Part shown: positions 34,302 to 47,528 of the stretch, piece by piece
How the letters are laid out: each line of letters opens with the position of its first letter
Position numbering within the stretch: position 1 is the stretch's first letter
NCBI GenBank assembly: GCA_977018835.1
Contig: OZ361256.1
Location: 1,054,001-1,118,000 of the forward strand
Source of the DNA: Minutocellus sp. GHC0000111
Taxonomy: Eukaryota
Direction: 5' to 3'
DNA: 64,000 nt
Translations under genes and position numbers: made by a program
The notes under the pieces: model-generated
The model's database searches: none
Told to the model about the DNA's origin: nothing
Seen by the model: only the letters and a program-made list of their open reading frames with translations

Positions 34302-37300
34302 CTAAGCCATTTCCTCAGCGGAAGATTCCTCTGTGATGGACGTAATTCCTAAACCATCATTGGCTCGAATAGAAAGCATTGTCGCTCTTAAGAGCCCTGG
34401 GTTTGTTACCATTTTGATTGATTGCATACTTGAACGAAAGGAGAGACTCTCATAGTGTGCCGGCTGTGCAGGAATCAATATTGAGGGGGTAGGGTGGCTC
34501 GTCGTCATATCTACAATCTTCGTAGAAGATTTAAGGGGAGTAGGCTTCGTCTTCTCGGCCAGGTCAATGCCGTCCTTCTTTCGCGGTAGAAGGCGCATGG
34601 CGTTGAGTGTCACCACCATGGCACCGCCTACATCAGTAGCTATAGCAGCCCACAGGGTAGCCTGTAACGGAATATGGCCCACGAATGTGATAGCCACAAC
34701 GATGGCCTTACTAATGAGAGAAAACAAGACATTTTGAATGATACAGTGGCGAGTGCGCTTGCCCATATTGATAGTCCATACCAGCTTCTCCAAGTTAGAG
34801 TCCATGAGTGTGACATCAGATGTCTCCATTGCTAGAGCTGCTCCATTGCCCATGGCAACGGACACATCAGCAAGAGCCAATGCAGGGGCATCGTTGACAC
34901 CATCGCCTACCATGATGGCATTGTTCTGCTTCAGGCGTAAGCAGCACTTGCTCTCACTCTTATTTGTTTCCACAGTCTCAGTAATGTAGGCGAGCTTGTC
35001 TTCGGGGCGCAACTGGCTTTTGATTTGATCTTCATTCAGACCAACCTGTTTTCCAATGGCGATGGCAGCATCCTTGTGATCTCCGGTGAGCATTACAACC
35101 TCCATATCCAAGTTCCTGGTTAGATTAGCAACGACTTGTTTAGCTTCCGAGCGAACATTGTCCGAAACACAAAAGGCGCCGGCAACGATGCCTTCGATGC
35201 TGAGAAAGACGACAGTTCCTCCACTTTCAGCCCAAGTATCTGTTATCCGGGTATCTGATGCGGAAAGGGTAGAGTATAAATCAAGACGCTGAAGCATTTT
35301 CTTATTGCCGAGATAACATTTTTTACCACTGACGTGTGCCTTGATGCCTTCGCCGGGTACAATAGTATGATTGTTAACTTTCAAGTGTGTGGGAACTGCG
35401 TAGTTGCCGGCAGGAAAAATAAATGTAAGACGAACAAGAGGCACAAAGAGAAACCAAGAATTGGTTGTTAGCAAATATGAATCTATTGGTGAGGTAGAAA
35501 CAGCCATCGAGACTACCGATTAGGGTGGAAAGGATCGCCGTAAGTAAAATGACAGAGGAATAAACAATTTTTGTCATATGACCAGATTCACTCATACCTG
35601 AAACACCCTCATTGGCAGCAGCGGCTACCAAAGCACTAGCGAGAGGATGTGATGCATTACTCTCCAGTAAGGAGGTATACTCAAGCACGGCCTCTCTCGA
35701 ATGTGAGCTTCCAATAACGCGGAAGTGGATGCATCGAAACGACCCTTCTGTCAGCGTCCCCGTCTTGTCGAATGCAATGGATGTTGCCCAACTTAAAGCC
35801 TCGAGGACTCCGCCACCTTTCACTAGAACTCCTTTCTGTGCTGATGCCGCTAAGCCAGCGACATAAGCTACACTTGGAGAGATGATGAGGGCACAGGGGC
35901 AAGCAACAACGATGAGGACGAGTGCATTCTCTACCCATTCCCGGCCTACCTCGGGTCCAAATGCCCACGAGACCGATGCACAGAGTGCAGCGACGAGCAG
36001 AATCAGCGGAGTGTACCATTTGGCGAACCAGTCAAGAAGATTTTCGGTTTCACTTCTGTTCGTCTGCGCTTCATCAACAAGGCGAACTAGGCGGTTGATG
36101 GCCGAGTTGGCACTGGTTTGGGTTGTACGTATGGTAAGTGGACTTTGGCCACTATTCACGGTGCCACCAGATACCTCATCACCAATAGTCTTTTTGACCG
36201 GTCGGCTCTCACCGGTGAGCGAAGACTCATCTACCGTAGACCGACCAGAAATCACAATGCCATCGCAAGGTATTTTATCGCCAGGTCGGACCGAGACCTT
36301 CGAGCCTTTGGCTACAGAATCTGCGGGGACTACCATTATGTCTCCGGTGTTGGGATTGATCAGATTTGCCAACTCTGGACGAAGGTCGAGAATGGCCTTT
36401 AAAGCAAAGCGAGCTCTGGTAGAAGTGATGGTCTCAAGAATTCCGCTGATGGAGAAGAAGAAGCATAGTGCTGCAGCTTCTGGGAATTCTTGAAGCGCCA
36501 GAGCGCCGATGATAGCGATGAACATCATGCAATGTGAGTCGAATCTCCACTGTCTTACGGCACGGAACGATTTGATAGCTTAATGTGTTTTGGGTAATGT
36601 AAGAAATAAAGAAAATATGAGGCCAACAAGCTACGGATAGAGAAGAATTCGCCACTAGGAACTTCTACTTGTAGATTGTTCGATAAATCGATTCCTGAAA
36701 TAACGGGAGTACTCACCGATGGCAGGTAGTCCAAAGGCAACCGAGACAACACCAAACCAACGGAGAAAGTACCAAGACTCTCCAACATAACTGAGCAAAG
36801 AGAGGAACCAAAACAGTCCAGATAATGCCGTCATTGTTCTCTGAAAAGCGATAGTACTGAAAAATCTTTCCTTCTCTCCTTCATCTTCTTTCTGGCGTTG
36901 CATGTGTGGCAGTGCCCACATTCCCTTCGCTGCACCATCGGTCATGATGGTCAATACCACCTCTTCTTTGTCGCTACTAGAGTCGGTGGACGTAACGGTA
37001 ATTGCACTCTCACGAAGAGAGGATTGGGTCGATTGTGTCCTGAGATTGCATGTCTGAGGGCCATTCCTTACCATTCGAACCAGCATAGCGGCCGAAACGA
37101 AGTAAGGATTATGATCGATCGTTATCACTCCACAAGTTTCATCGAAATCATAGTTTTTGATGTGCTCCAATTCGAAAGATATCTCATCGAGAGTAGTCCG
37201 AAGTTGGTCGTGCGAACTGGCATTGCTGTCATCGTTGTTTTTGTTTTGTAACAGAAACTTGGACGTGACGATAATATTCGTAGGGACACTGATGCTAACG

Positions 37301-38016
37301 AATGAGTCCTCTGCATCAACCTTGATCGTCGCAGAGAATCCACCAGTGTTCAAAGCTATAAAGAAACGCACACACATAAATATTAGATCTGTAGACTAAT
37401 ACCGGGAAAAGAAGACGGGGGCATATAAATGCATGAGTAGACACATTCAATCTTTCCTACCTTGAGAAATATCACCACTCGACACTTTGGTAACATCGTG
37501 ATTGACATACACCGTCTTCGTAGCAACAGCAACCTTGACCGATGCCACGCCTTCCAAAGACTGTACGATCGAATTGATGCCAGGAATTTCGGACGAACAG
37601 CATATCTCGGGCACATGGAATTGAGACCGGCCTGTCATGCTACTGGAGAGTTCGCTCGTTCGCAGCTCGTTCCGTGCTGTCACATCGTCGTCTTCCACAT
37701 GGCCGTGATCATGTTGATGATGGTATCCTCCAGAACAACCAGTGTGGTCGCCATGTGAATGTGAGTGTGAATGTGAATGGGCGTTTGCCTCGTCCTTGCC
37801 ATGGCCGTCGTGGTGATGGTGGTGGCCTCCAGCACAACCGGTGTGGATTTCACGCAGAGAATGTGAATGGGACGTTTCCTCCTTCTTCTCAAGTAAGTCA
37901 TCGTGCTGCTGGTGATGATGATGATGGTGATGTGAATAATGACCATTTGCCTCGTTGGCCTCTTCTTTCCCCTCACAGTGGCGGTGGTGACTATGAGAGT
38001 GGTTGGCAGTCGTCAT
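34302..38016 (-). CDS. P1B-type Zn/Cd-transporting ATPase with His-rich N-terminus, 4 exons
   Basis: HMA domain with [52 protein letters not shown]. Three GT-AG introns join in frame. Confidence 0.93.
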
Positions 38017-39470
38017 CTTTGGTAGAGCAAGTCCTACGAATAGATGTAAAAAGTAGAGTTAGAAGGGACGGGGCCCGTGATCTACCCCAAAGCAGCTGAA
38101 TGAACTAATGGCGATCTCGAGCCCTGGCTTGCAAACTGCATGCAATCTGAGAGTCTGTGTGCCTTTGCCTTTGCCGAGCATCATTGATTGATTGGGGTTG
38201 AAAGTTGCGTTGAGAAGCACTTTTTCCTCCGAGCAGTAGCGAGAGCCAGTGAATTAAGAAACCCGGAAATGGTGGTCGGCGATGTCATGGGACTCGCTCG
38301 ACACAAAAGACCTGCTGTCTTTGTCTTGTTTCCACGATCGTCGGCACTTTCATTTTGCATGCTCCGCCAACGGCCAAGATGATATTCATCAGCGCCGCTG
38401 CCGTCATCTTCCTTGTGACCAAGTTCAAGGAAGTCGACTGGGCGAAGACGTGTGTGGTGCTGCCCGATGAGGAGGAGGATCACGAGCGGTACTTCCTGTC
38501 CGACCAACCGCACAGCAAGGTTGGAGAGGAGCCCACACCACAGATGGTCCGCAGTGTACGTGATGAGTTTAATTGTGCTTGCAAATTAGAACGAATTGTT
38601 TCTTGCGATTGTTAATCTTGCCGCGAGATGAGAGAAGAGCGAATCATTGCCGTTGGACTGTCACCACCTTGCCATTTGCTAACAAAATGCTTCCTCTTTG
38701 CTGTCCCTCTCATCCATCATTATTATGTGTCCGGGCGGTCCTGTCATTTTTTGTCACCACCCATCATCATCACTGATCAACCCTTCCCTCGAGAGCAGAA
38801 CAGCCTCTCTTGTGTCCAGGCGCTGGCTTTCCAATAGCAGCTCCACACAAAGATTTAAACATCGGGGACCCAAACATGACGACCATGTTTGCCCAGTGGG
38901 GAGAGGTGACGAACACGGAGAGAAGCTCTCATAGGATAGTTAAGCTCCCCCCGTGGAAAGGGACAACCAATTTGACTGGAACGATGACATCGAGGCCAAG
39001 CCGAGGGAGATAAAGTGGAATGAATCGAATTACAGTACTAACTTTTAAGAGCTACCAGGGGAGGATTCATTCAGCTACGCTATTGAGAATTCACGAACGA
39101 GATCGAATGAATCAGGTGCTCTTCATTTCAATTTTGCCGCCACTTATTTATTATCAGCATTGTCGTAATAACATTTATTTGTAAACTAGATTTCATGTGC
39201 ATCATTAGAATTTCGCGATTGCGTGTATTTGCACAGTACGAAAAGCCAGTCACGCTCCGCTGTAAAAGAAACATACTTTCCATGGTGTATACACTTTTCA
39301 CTCAAGCTAGTCAAGTAGTACGTAGCTAGCCAGACGTAGTACTGAATAGAGCTACTAGAAGGTAGCTAGCTAGACTCTATTGGAAGAAATGTAGCGAGAT
39401 GCACTCATATTATTGACTATACAAAAGTAATCTAAAGGTCCTCGGCAAGAGTCATCATTCGTCTCGATGC

Positions 39471-42400
39471 TCAGATGGAACTCATTCGCGATAAGCGAAC
39501 ATTCGGAACCTCTTCGCCGTTCCTTCTCGCCATCTCGTTGGCATATTCAATAAATTTTTCCTTGAGCTCTGAGACGATTTCAGGATAGTTCTGGGCGACA
39601 TTATTGGTCTCACCAATATCAGCCTTTAGGTTGAAGAGCTCAAAACCAGGTCCGTCCTTCCTGTCAATGATGAGCTTCCACCGTCCCCTCCGAACCACGC
39701 CGACATATCGATTGCCAGCTCGCTCTCTGAACCAGAACAGATAATCATGAAGCCTACCGACAGAGCCATCTAGTGCAGGCAACCAACTCTTGCCGTCCGA
39801 TGGCGAACTTTTCAGAAGAGGGTTCGATGAAGGATCATTGATGCCGCTGGCATCAAGAATAGTAGGGAGGACGTCAAGTGAGGTCACGGGCTCATCGACG
39901 GATGTACCCCGAATGTCAGTGCCGTTGATGCCACCGGCTGATAGAAAGCGATCCCATGACATGAAAAACGGAACTCGATGTCCGCCCTCCCACATGTAGA
40001 ATTTTCCTGAGTTTGACGACAAAGGGAAAGGGTAAAAAAATTCAGTCAAATAATTAGAAATAATGTCAGAAGAAAGAAAAGCAGTGTCCAAACAGGACGA
40101 GTGAATCCCCCCTAAACAAGCAATATCACTCACCTCCTTTGAGCGGCTTATTTGAGGCCCTCATCTTTCCAGCTCCGCCATTGTCTGATATGAAGACAAT
40201 CATAGTGTCCTCATACACACTGTCGGACGTATCTCCATCACCGTTTGGGTCCTTCAGCGCAGCGACGATCTGTCCAATGCCTTTGTCAACCCATCTGTTC
40301 ATGGCAGTGGTGATTGCCCGTCTTCGGAGGTCATCGTCATTGCATTCGCGGCATGTGTGCATAGTGGTATTTTCATCATATTCATTATCCTCTTCAATGT
40401 AAATGTTCTTGAAGCCACGCTCGTGATCCTTGTACTTCTCGTAAATGTAGACAGGGTCAGGGAACCAATCTCCTTCGTACGAAGGATCAAACCATGCGTC
40501 CTCAATTCCACTGGCTTCGAATTCGTCTCTCGACATGTTGGCATACCGACGAAAGTCTTCTCCCATACGATCCAGTGCGCCAGTGTCAGGATCCATGTGA
40601 AAAGGAGCTTGGGCGGGATAGTGAGGTGCGCTGTAAGGAATATACGCAAAGAAGGGCTGAGGCCCACCCGCATGCTTTCGGATGAAGTCAATGGCAGCAT
40701 TCGTAAAGTTCACGGTGGCATATATCGATGGGATCCGATCACGATGAATGGTATAATTCGCAGCATCGGCATTCCAAGTATCGAAGGGCTCCTGGTCCAA
40801 TAGCGGGTACTTGGCGTTGCCAGGATTCAGACGAGGGTCCATCCTTCTGGTCTTTGCCAATCGAGGCTTGTCCTCGTCCATAGAAATGTACATGTCATTA
40901 GCATCCCAATAGTCTTTGGCGCCTCTTCCCATGAAAATGTGATGCGCATCAAATCCTCTGTAAAGAGGATGGTAAGGACTGCCAGACTGCCCAAGGGGAG
41001 CAATGCTACTGTAAACATCGGGGATACCATCGAGCACGTGAGTAGACATATTTGAGTCAACAATTGGGCCGTTGATGGGATAGAAATACAAATTTCCATC
41101 TGCTCTCTGCTTGTTCGCGTAATCGGTATTGTCATGAGTCGGAGTGTTCTCCTGATAACGATAGATGCCATCGGCATCTGTCACGAAGACATCGTCGGTT
41201 CCGAGGTGCCACTGGTGGAGGGGCGAAAATGACAACAAAAAACAATGAGGAGAAGAGAGTCAGCCTCAAGGGTACTGTATGTAGAGAGTAGAGCTCCGAT
41301 GAATGAAGAACCCGATACACATACTAGATGTATCATCACAGACCTTACCTTGCCAAATGCACCGGTGACATAATTCACATCGGCCTCTGCACCCGAGGTC
41401 TTTTGCTTGAGAAAGTGTGGAATCCAGGGATTGATACTGTCGTACTGAGCCGTCGCATTGTTGTATTCCAAGATCTTCATCCCGTCTCCGCCGCCACTTT
41501 TGGCGCTGTAGATTCCAACACCCTGCTGGTACCGTCCTAACATAAATCCTGCCCGAGTGGGAGCACAAACCTCGCCAGAGGAATAGCCATTGGTGAAAAT
41601 AACGCCCTCCTTCGCGAGCTTGTCTGTGTTGGGCATTTTGACCTCGGCCAGACCTTCATCCTCTGGTTGCGTAAAACCAACATCGGCATAGCCCAGATCA
41701 TCGAGGACGATGAAGACAACATTGGGAGGAGGACGAGTTGGTTTGGCGGGCTCTTTCTCTTCCTCCTGCTCTTGGGGCGGAGTTGTCATCGTTTCGGCCG
41801 CCGCATCAGTTGCGTCCTTTTCGTCATTAGGAATAACTTCTTCGTTACCACCATCATTTTCCTCGACAAGAGGTTGCTCAGCGACCACCGTGTCACTAGG
41901 CGTAGCGCCATCGGCGGTCCCGGCAGCGCTAGTATCACCAGCAGCTGTATTTCCAGCACTCATACTGCCAGTGGTGGTCAAATTACTGCTACTTCCACTG
42001 CCGCCTCGACCAAGGGTGAGGCCCAGAGCAACTCCAGTACCGGCCAAGAGGACCAAACCGGCAACGACGACGAAGCGACGTTTCTTATTGCCAGCACTGC
42101 CTGCCTTCTTCTCATCAAGATCGATTGGAGCATCGACTACAATAGCACTATCGGTGCTTTGGACGGTAGTATTAAGCTCCTTGGCATTTCCAGCCTCGGC
42201 ATCGAACTTGTCCAAGAGTGTGGGAGACGCAGACATTTCCATGCTCAGAGCTTCGGGTGTCCGAGGCGACGAAGCAGCAGCAGTGGCGGCGGCGGCACCA
42301 ACGGCCGGGGTAGGATTCTCATTCTCATCCCAGCTATCACGAGAACTCGGAGGTTCGTTGGGACTGATTGGAGACATGTCGTAGGCACTTCCTCCGCTCC

Positions 42401-42476
42401 GGATGCGGTCCTCAATGGGCGTTCCGTCACCGGGTTCGTCGCTCAGAGGGGTCTTCTTGGCCGGACTTCGTACCAT
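39471..42476 (-). CDS. Type II membrane-anchored arylsulfatase, 3 exons
   Basis: PNVVFIVLDDLGYAD, formylglycine motif CAPTRAG, GK|WHLG, YSAPHYP, FISDNGG, WEGGHRVP. Introns 41348-41212 and 40133-40006. N-terminal TM FVVVAGLVLLAGTGVALGLTLG. Confidence 0.92.
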
Positions 42477-42869
42477 CGTTGAAATTTATTTGGTCCAGAG
42501 GAAGCCGAAGAAAAGAGAGCCAAAGTTCGCACCTCGGTCCTCTATGCCGCCTCTTTGCAGAAATGAGAGAGAAAATATGGCTCTCTCCCTCTGCTCTGGG
42601 CAATAAGAGGTGAGCAAAGCCGCTCGACTGCTCTAAACGAGTCAAATTTTTCCTGTTGTGGCGCCAACTCAGACGATTGAAGCACGTGATTGAAGTGGCG
42701 ATGCCGGCGCGCAAACTTCGCCTATTGGTACTCCGATCAAAAACACATGTAGATCCATTTCTATAGGCACACGTGGTCGAGTAGATAGACATTACGGAGC
42801 TTGCTTCCTCCAGCATGCGAGCGTGCAATCAAAATACATACGTAAACAGAAACATGGTTCTGCAAATTA

Positions 42870-43607
42870 TTAGTTCGCTCCAACGGCTTGATCCGCATGG
42901 ATCATATTCATCACCAGCGCAGCAATCACATGAAGAGCAACGTCAGCTCCTGGAACCAGCTTCATTTTTAATCGATTCTTCTTCCCCATCAGCTCTCCGA
43001 CCAGCGGTATCCCGCCACCAGTCTCCCACGTCCAATAACCAACAATCACGTCGTCAATTTGCGCCGTCCAGTGTCCCCGAGGACCAAACAGTTTCTTCAC
43101 CACCAGCAACGGTGGGTCCTTTGTTTTGATTTCTCCACTCTTGTACTCGGCCCGCATGGCTTCACTGCCGCTGCTTTCATTTTTGGGATCGAACGCACCG
43201 AATAATCGAATGGTGGCCGTGAAGCGATCACGCGACACTTCGATGATGGCACGCTTGTACCGGTGGGGCGAATCCACCATGTTCTCCTCTCTCCCATGCA
43301 GCGGGAACTTCTCCTGACCAGCATACGTAGGCGACGATGCGCATATCGTCCACTTGCGATGCGATGGATTGGTATGGACCGTCAGCATGGGGTCCGGATC
43401 GGCATCGTAGCAGGATTGACGTGCATTCCGTCGATCGACCAACCCGAACCGCAGGATGGCCTCCGGCATCGGCGTGGTTCGGAAGATGATTTGATCGCTG
43501 ACGTCGTCATAAATGTCAAATTCCCTCCGCCTGCCCGAATGCATCGATTGCTGAACGAGGGTGATGCTCTGGGTTCGGTTGCTGCTTGTGCATGTAGTGC
43601 ACGCAGC

Positions 43608-43642
<35 letters not shown>

Positions 43643-43880
43643 CAGTCTTTGCTTCTCCCGAAGAAGCCGAATCCTTCTTTTGGTTGGTGCTGCTGGCGGC
43701 GAGCATGATGGGCTGACGCGACGGCGCTGACTTGGACCAGTCGATCTTTTTCAGCTGAGCATCGACCGCCGAGTCGAACTTCAAGAGAGATGTAGCGCCT
43801 CCCATTGGCTTGACTCCACACGCTGTGTTGCTTATGAACCACCTCGATCTTGCGATGCGGCATGCCTTCGCTTCTGGCAT
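42870..43880 (-). CDS. Tubby-C/LURP-one-like domain protein
   Basis: 336-aa ORF with beta-rich repeats ending LKMKLVPGADVALHVIAALV. Poly-Thr comes from a (GTA)n microsatellite at ~43608-43641. Confidence 0.55.
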
Positions 43881-44024
43881 CGGTGGCGGGCGATATTTTA
43901 CGTCATTTATGCGTCACCGAAACCAAGCGTTTCAAGATAGATGGAGCAAACCGAAACAAAAACGGCATTTTGCAATTTTTGTTGGACCACCATGATGGCC
44001 AACAAGTAGGCTAAAGGGGAGTCA

Positions 44025-46007
44025 ATGAACCAGGCAGGAACAGGCAACGGTGGCGGTGCCCCCAGAGGCGGCGGCGGCGGTGCTGGCGGCACCGCGCCTC
44101 TTCCGATTCCGCCCGGACCTGTTGGAACCGCCGACGCCGAAGCGGCACAGAGGGCCGCCGAAGTGGCGCTGTGTCATCGGATGATGATGAGCGGCGCCGC
44201 CAATGCCGAGATGATGATGGCGATGGCCGGCGGTGGCGGGGTTGCTTTCGGTGGCGTCGGCGGTGGTGGCGGCAGCAGCGGCAGCGGAGCCCCCCAAGAT
44301 CTCGGTGCCCTGCTGACCCACCAGTACCAAAGCACGCAGACCATCCCGTACACTCTGAATCCAGACGGGACGCCACTGCTGGATCATCATTACCGTCCCA
44401 TCCCTCTGCAGAAGATCTTGCAGACCCGTCCCCTCAAGGCGGACGTATCGACCCGTCCCGGTCCTGGCAATATGAAGTTGACCTACATGTCCGGCGAAGT
44501 CGTTACCCGTACCCTCAATGAACTGTTTGGTTTCGGAGGCTGGTCGATGGAGGTACGCGAAAAGAATCGAGAACAGTGCGAGAAAGATCACAAGGGCAGG
44601 TACCACGTTCACTACACGGCGACCGTTCGCATCACTCACGTCGGAACGGGCTCCTTCCGGGAGGATGTCGGCGCCAATGATTCAATCGACAAGTCGCTGG
44701 GGACGGCCGTGGCCAACGCCATGAAGGGGGCGGTTACCGATGCCATGAAACGCGCCGCTCGGCACTTTGGGGAGAAGATGGGCAATTCTCTGTACGATTC
44801 CAAGTTCAAGCTGGCCCACGCTCCGATGACGCTCAAGCAAGCCCTGGAGACATACGAGCTCGATCGGAACAAGGCGACATTTTTCGAGAAGGATCGGACC
44901 AGATTGCCAGATTCGGCAAATGCCGCGGCAGCGGCAGCAGCAGCAGCAGCATCTGGTACCGCCATGGTCAAGATGGAGTCATCGGTTACCACCGCCGCTG
45001 CCGCTGCTGGTAGTACTGCTGCTGTACCACCCACTCGACGTGTCGGCACCCAAGCTCCTCCATATCAGCAGCATCAGCAGCAACCCAAACCGCCGACGGA
45101 AACTCCCCGAGGTCCGCTGTACGGCAAGCAACCTGGCACGGTAGGCACGGGGGCAGGCACTGCCGGTGGTCTCGGAGTCGTAGTGGGACGGACTTCCGGC
45201 AATGGACCGCTCCATGGAAATACTGGAGCCTCGGCGACGGGTGGTGGTGGAGGAGCAGGAGCAGGATATGGTGGAGGTGGAAGGCCAAGCATCGGCGCTG
45301 CCCAGCCGCAGCCTCAGAAGAGCATGCCATACACGCCTCATCCCCACCAAGCCAGGGCAGCAGCTGCTTCTTCGGCCGTTGCTGCTTCTACTACCGCCGC
45401 TGCTACCGCTACCGCAGCCCCTACTGCCACAGCTGGGGGGTATCCCTCCATCACCCCTGGACCTGGTACCGTCGCCAAGATGCAGCAGCCACATCAGCAA
45501 CAGAATGTAGCTTCGACAGCCATGATTGGCACCACTCAGCAGTCTCAGGTCCAGCAGCAGCAGGCCAAGACCCCACATGGTCCTCCGTCAGCGCGCCAGA
45601 ATTTACAGCAGAGCGGGCTCTTTAGCCAGTACAATTCCGCCGACGGAAGTGGACCGCCGAACGCTGCCGCTCTCAACGATGTGACGATGACATCCAACGT
45701 TGTTGGAGCGAGCGGTACCGCCAAGCCCCAGACCCAGCAGGAGACGGCCCGACCGGGTACGTCCCGAGGTAGATCCTCCATTGGAGCCGGTGGCAACGGC
45801 ATGGGTCAGCCCCCCTTCGCTTCGCAGCAGCAGCTGCACCATCAGTCGCAGCTGCAGACCCAGCACCAGCAAGGTCTGCAGAGTCAGGGAGTGAAGCGGC
45901 AGATGGGACAGGATGGTGGCGGCGATGCGAACAAGAGGCCAGCTGTCGGTGCTGGAGCTACCGGAGGCGGAGCCTCAATGACCGCCACCAATCCGTACAA
46001 TGTCTGA
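44025..46007 (+). CDS. RAD52: DNA repair protein RAD52
   Basis: VSTRPGPGNMKLTYMSG...LNELFGFGGWS...FREDVG...AMKGAVTDAMKRAARHFGEKMGNSLYD, followed by a long Q/G/A-rich tail. Confidence 0.93.
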   Translation: MNQAGTGNGGGAPRGGGGGAGGTAPLPIPPGPVGTADAEAAQRAAEVALCHRMMMSGAANAEMMMAMAGGGGVAFGGVGGGGGSSGSGAPQDLGALLTHQYQSTQTIPYTLNPDGTPLLDHHYRPIPLQKILQTRPLKADVSTRPGPGNMKLTYMSGEVVTRTLNELFGFGGWSMEVREKNREQCEKDHKGRYHVHYTATVRITHVGTGSFREDVGANDSIDKSLGTAVANAMKGAVTDAMKRAARHFGEKMGNSLYDSKFKLAHAPMTLKQALETYELDRNKATFFEKDRTRLPDSANAAAAAAAAAASGTAMVKMESSVTTAAAAAGSTAAVPPTRRVGTQAPPYQQHQQQPKPPTETPRGPLYGKQPGTVGTGAGTAGGLGVVVGRTSGNGPLHGNTGASATGGGGGAGAGYGGGGRPSIGAAQPQPQKSMPYTPHPHQARAAAASSAVAASTTAAATATAAPTATAGGYPSITPGPGTVAKMQQPHQQQNVASTAMIGTTQQSQVQQQQAKTPHGPPSARQNLQQSGLFSQYNSADGSGPPNAAALNDVTMTSNVVGASGTAKPQTQQETARPGTSRGRSSIGAGGNGMGQPPFASQQQLHHQSQLQTQHQQGLQSQGVKRQMGQDGGGDANKRPAVGAGATGGGASMTATNPYNV

Positions 46008-46245
46008 GCTGGATGGAGTGGTGGTACCTTTCTGGTCGATATCTCTATCCCGCTTCAAAATTCAATGTCTTCATACAATTCAAATATGTGCTTTTGCCTC
46101 TTAATGTCAGTGGGATGCGTTGTACGCTTCCTATCTGATTACGAGGCTCGAATCTGTGTACAGTGGGTCACAGACAGCACAATAAAATAGTTACACCATG
46201 TAAATGTCTACTGCTTCTACCGGTACTCTAGGCTAACAGGAGCCA

Positions 46246-47265
46246 CTATCTCTGATGCACATTCTGGACAATCCTGGCTTTTCTGTAAGTCACAGTTTGG
46301 TGACCCCCACCACTTCGCGAATGTCTCATCACTACCTCCTCTTGATGCGGTGGCGTCTGATGATAGTAGTAATATCTCAACCTCTGGACCGGTCGATAAG
46401 TAACGTAGTAAACAGGCTGATACAAGGTATTGATCAAAGTTGCCATCCGACCATCGCCAGGTATAAGATATTGCTGCTGTGCCTCTTGCTGTTGCTTTGT
46501 TGCCTGACTATCATCGTAAGGCTCCTCTTTCTCTACGACATTGTTTTTCCCTATCTCTGGATTTACAATATTCCTCATTGCCTCATTGTATCGCTGCTCC
46601 TTCTCATGCCTGGTATTCCACTCCTTGATTATGTCAAATAATGTTGAATCGTCTCTATGATCGTCGTTGTTGGATTCGAGATGATTTGACATTGCTTGCC
46701 TATGAATTATAGATCCAACCCCCAGCGCCAAGATAAGACCAAGCAAACCCAGTAATAACAGCGATATTTGTTTTGAAGATTTGTTTTGCGACGCATTGAC
46801 ACTGGCCGCCGCTTGCAATGTCTGTGCCTCTTCTTTATTATCTTCTGTCAAATCCTGGCGACTACTTGTAGTGCTTGCCAAATGTTCTTCAGAAGATGTC
46901 ACGTCATCGACGGTGCTAGTGGTGGCAGCAACAGCCGTGGCAAAGGAGGCTGCCTCTTCGGCCATTCTCCTTGCCATCGCCTCTGCCTCGCGAGCTCCAT
47001 CATCGGCAGCGGCGAGTGCTGCCCTTGAAACGTTCGGCACAGCAATGATGATGTCATCATCGACATCGTCGTCATCAATCGCCTCGATTTTCTGTCCACT
47101 TCTCGAGCTAGTTGTACCCTCGTCTGCCATCAGATCCGCCAGACCAGCATCCAGTTTCTGCTCCAAGCTGTCGAAGGCATCCTTGACGTCGCCAGGGACG
47201 TCCTGCTCTTTACTTTCCTTGCTTCTTGACATGACGGCGAGCATACAGAGGCAAAGTGATGACAA
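46246..47265 (-). CDS. Hypothetical single-pass membrane protein (start may be the ATG at 47232)
   Basis: 339-aa ORF with an acidic N-terminus and TM ISLLLLGLLGLILALGVGSII. Confidence 0.6.
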   Translation of the reverse strand: MSSLCLCMLAVMSRSKESKEQDVPGDVKDAFDSLEQKLDAGLADLMADEGTTSSRSGQKIEAIDDDDVDDDIIIAVPNVSRAALAAADDGAREAEAMARRMAEEAASFATAVAATTSTVDDVTSSEEHLASTTSSRQDLTEDNKEEAQTLQAAASVNASQNKSSKQISLLLLGLLGLILALGVGSIIHRQAMSNHLESNNDDHRDDSTLFDIIKEWNTRHEKEQRYNEAMRNIVNPEIGKNNVVEKEEPYDDSQATKQQQEAQQQYLIPGDGRMATLINTLYQPVYYVTYRPVQRLRYYYYHQTPPHQEEVVMRHSRSGGGHQTVTYRKARIVQNVHQR

Positions 47266-47528
47266 AAATCAAGGCGGAGTTGCGCTTGCTCAACGCATGA
47301 CTATGGGGGATTCCCTGATCTGAAGATTCGGTACCGGTAAGAGATCAGGAAGGGCACCGAATAGGAATTCCTACCAATAATGTTGTGTAGCTGTTTCTAT
47401 GTCTTCTATCGTTATCAAAAGTTACACCTTGCTCCAAGAGTAGGACCAAGCTAAATAGATCTCAGGACTCCTCCATGTAAAGATCTAGGATTCCTATTGG
47501 CGCACAATGATGTGAAAGAGCCCCCTTT

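Noticed and set aside
38355..39013. Possible small spliced gene (MIFISAAAVIFLVTKFKEVDW...)
   Set aside because: Fragments could not be joined into a consistent frame and show no recognisable domain; possibly a remnant.
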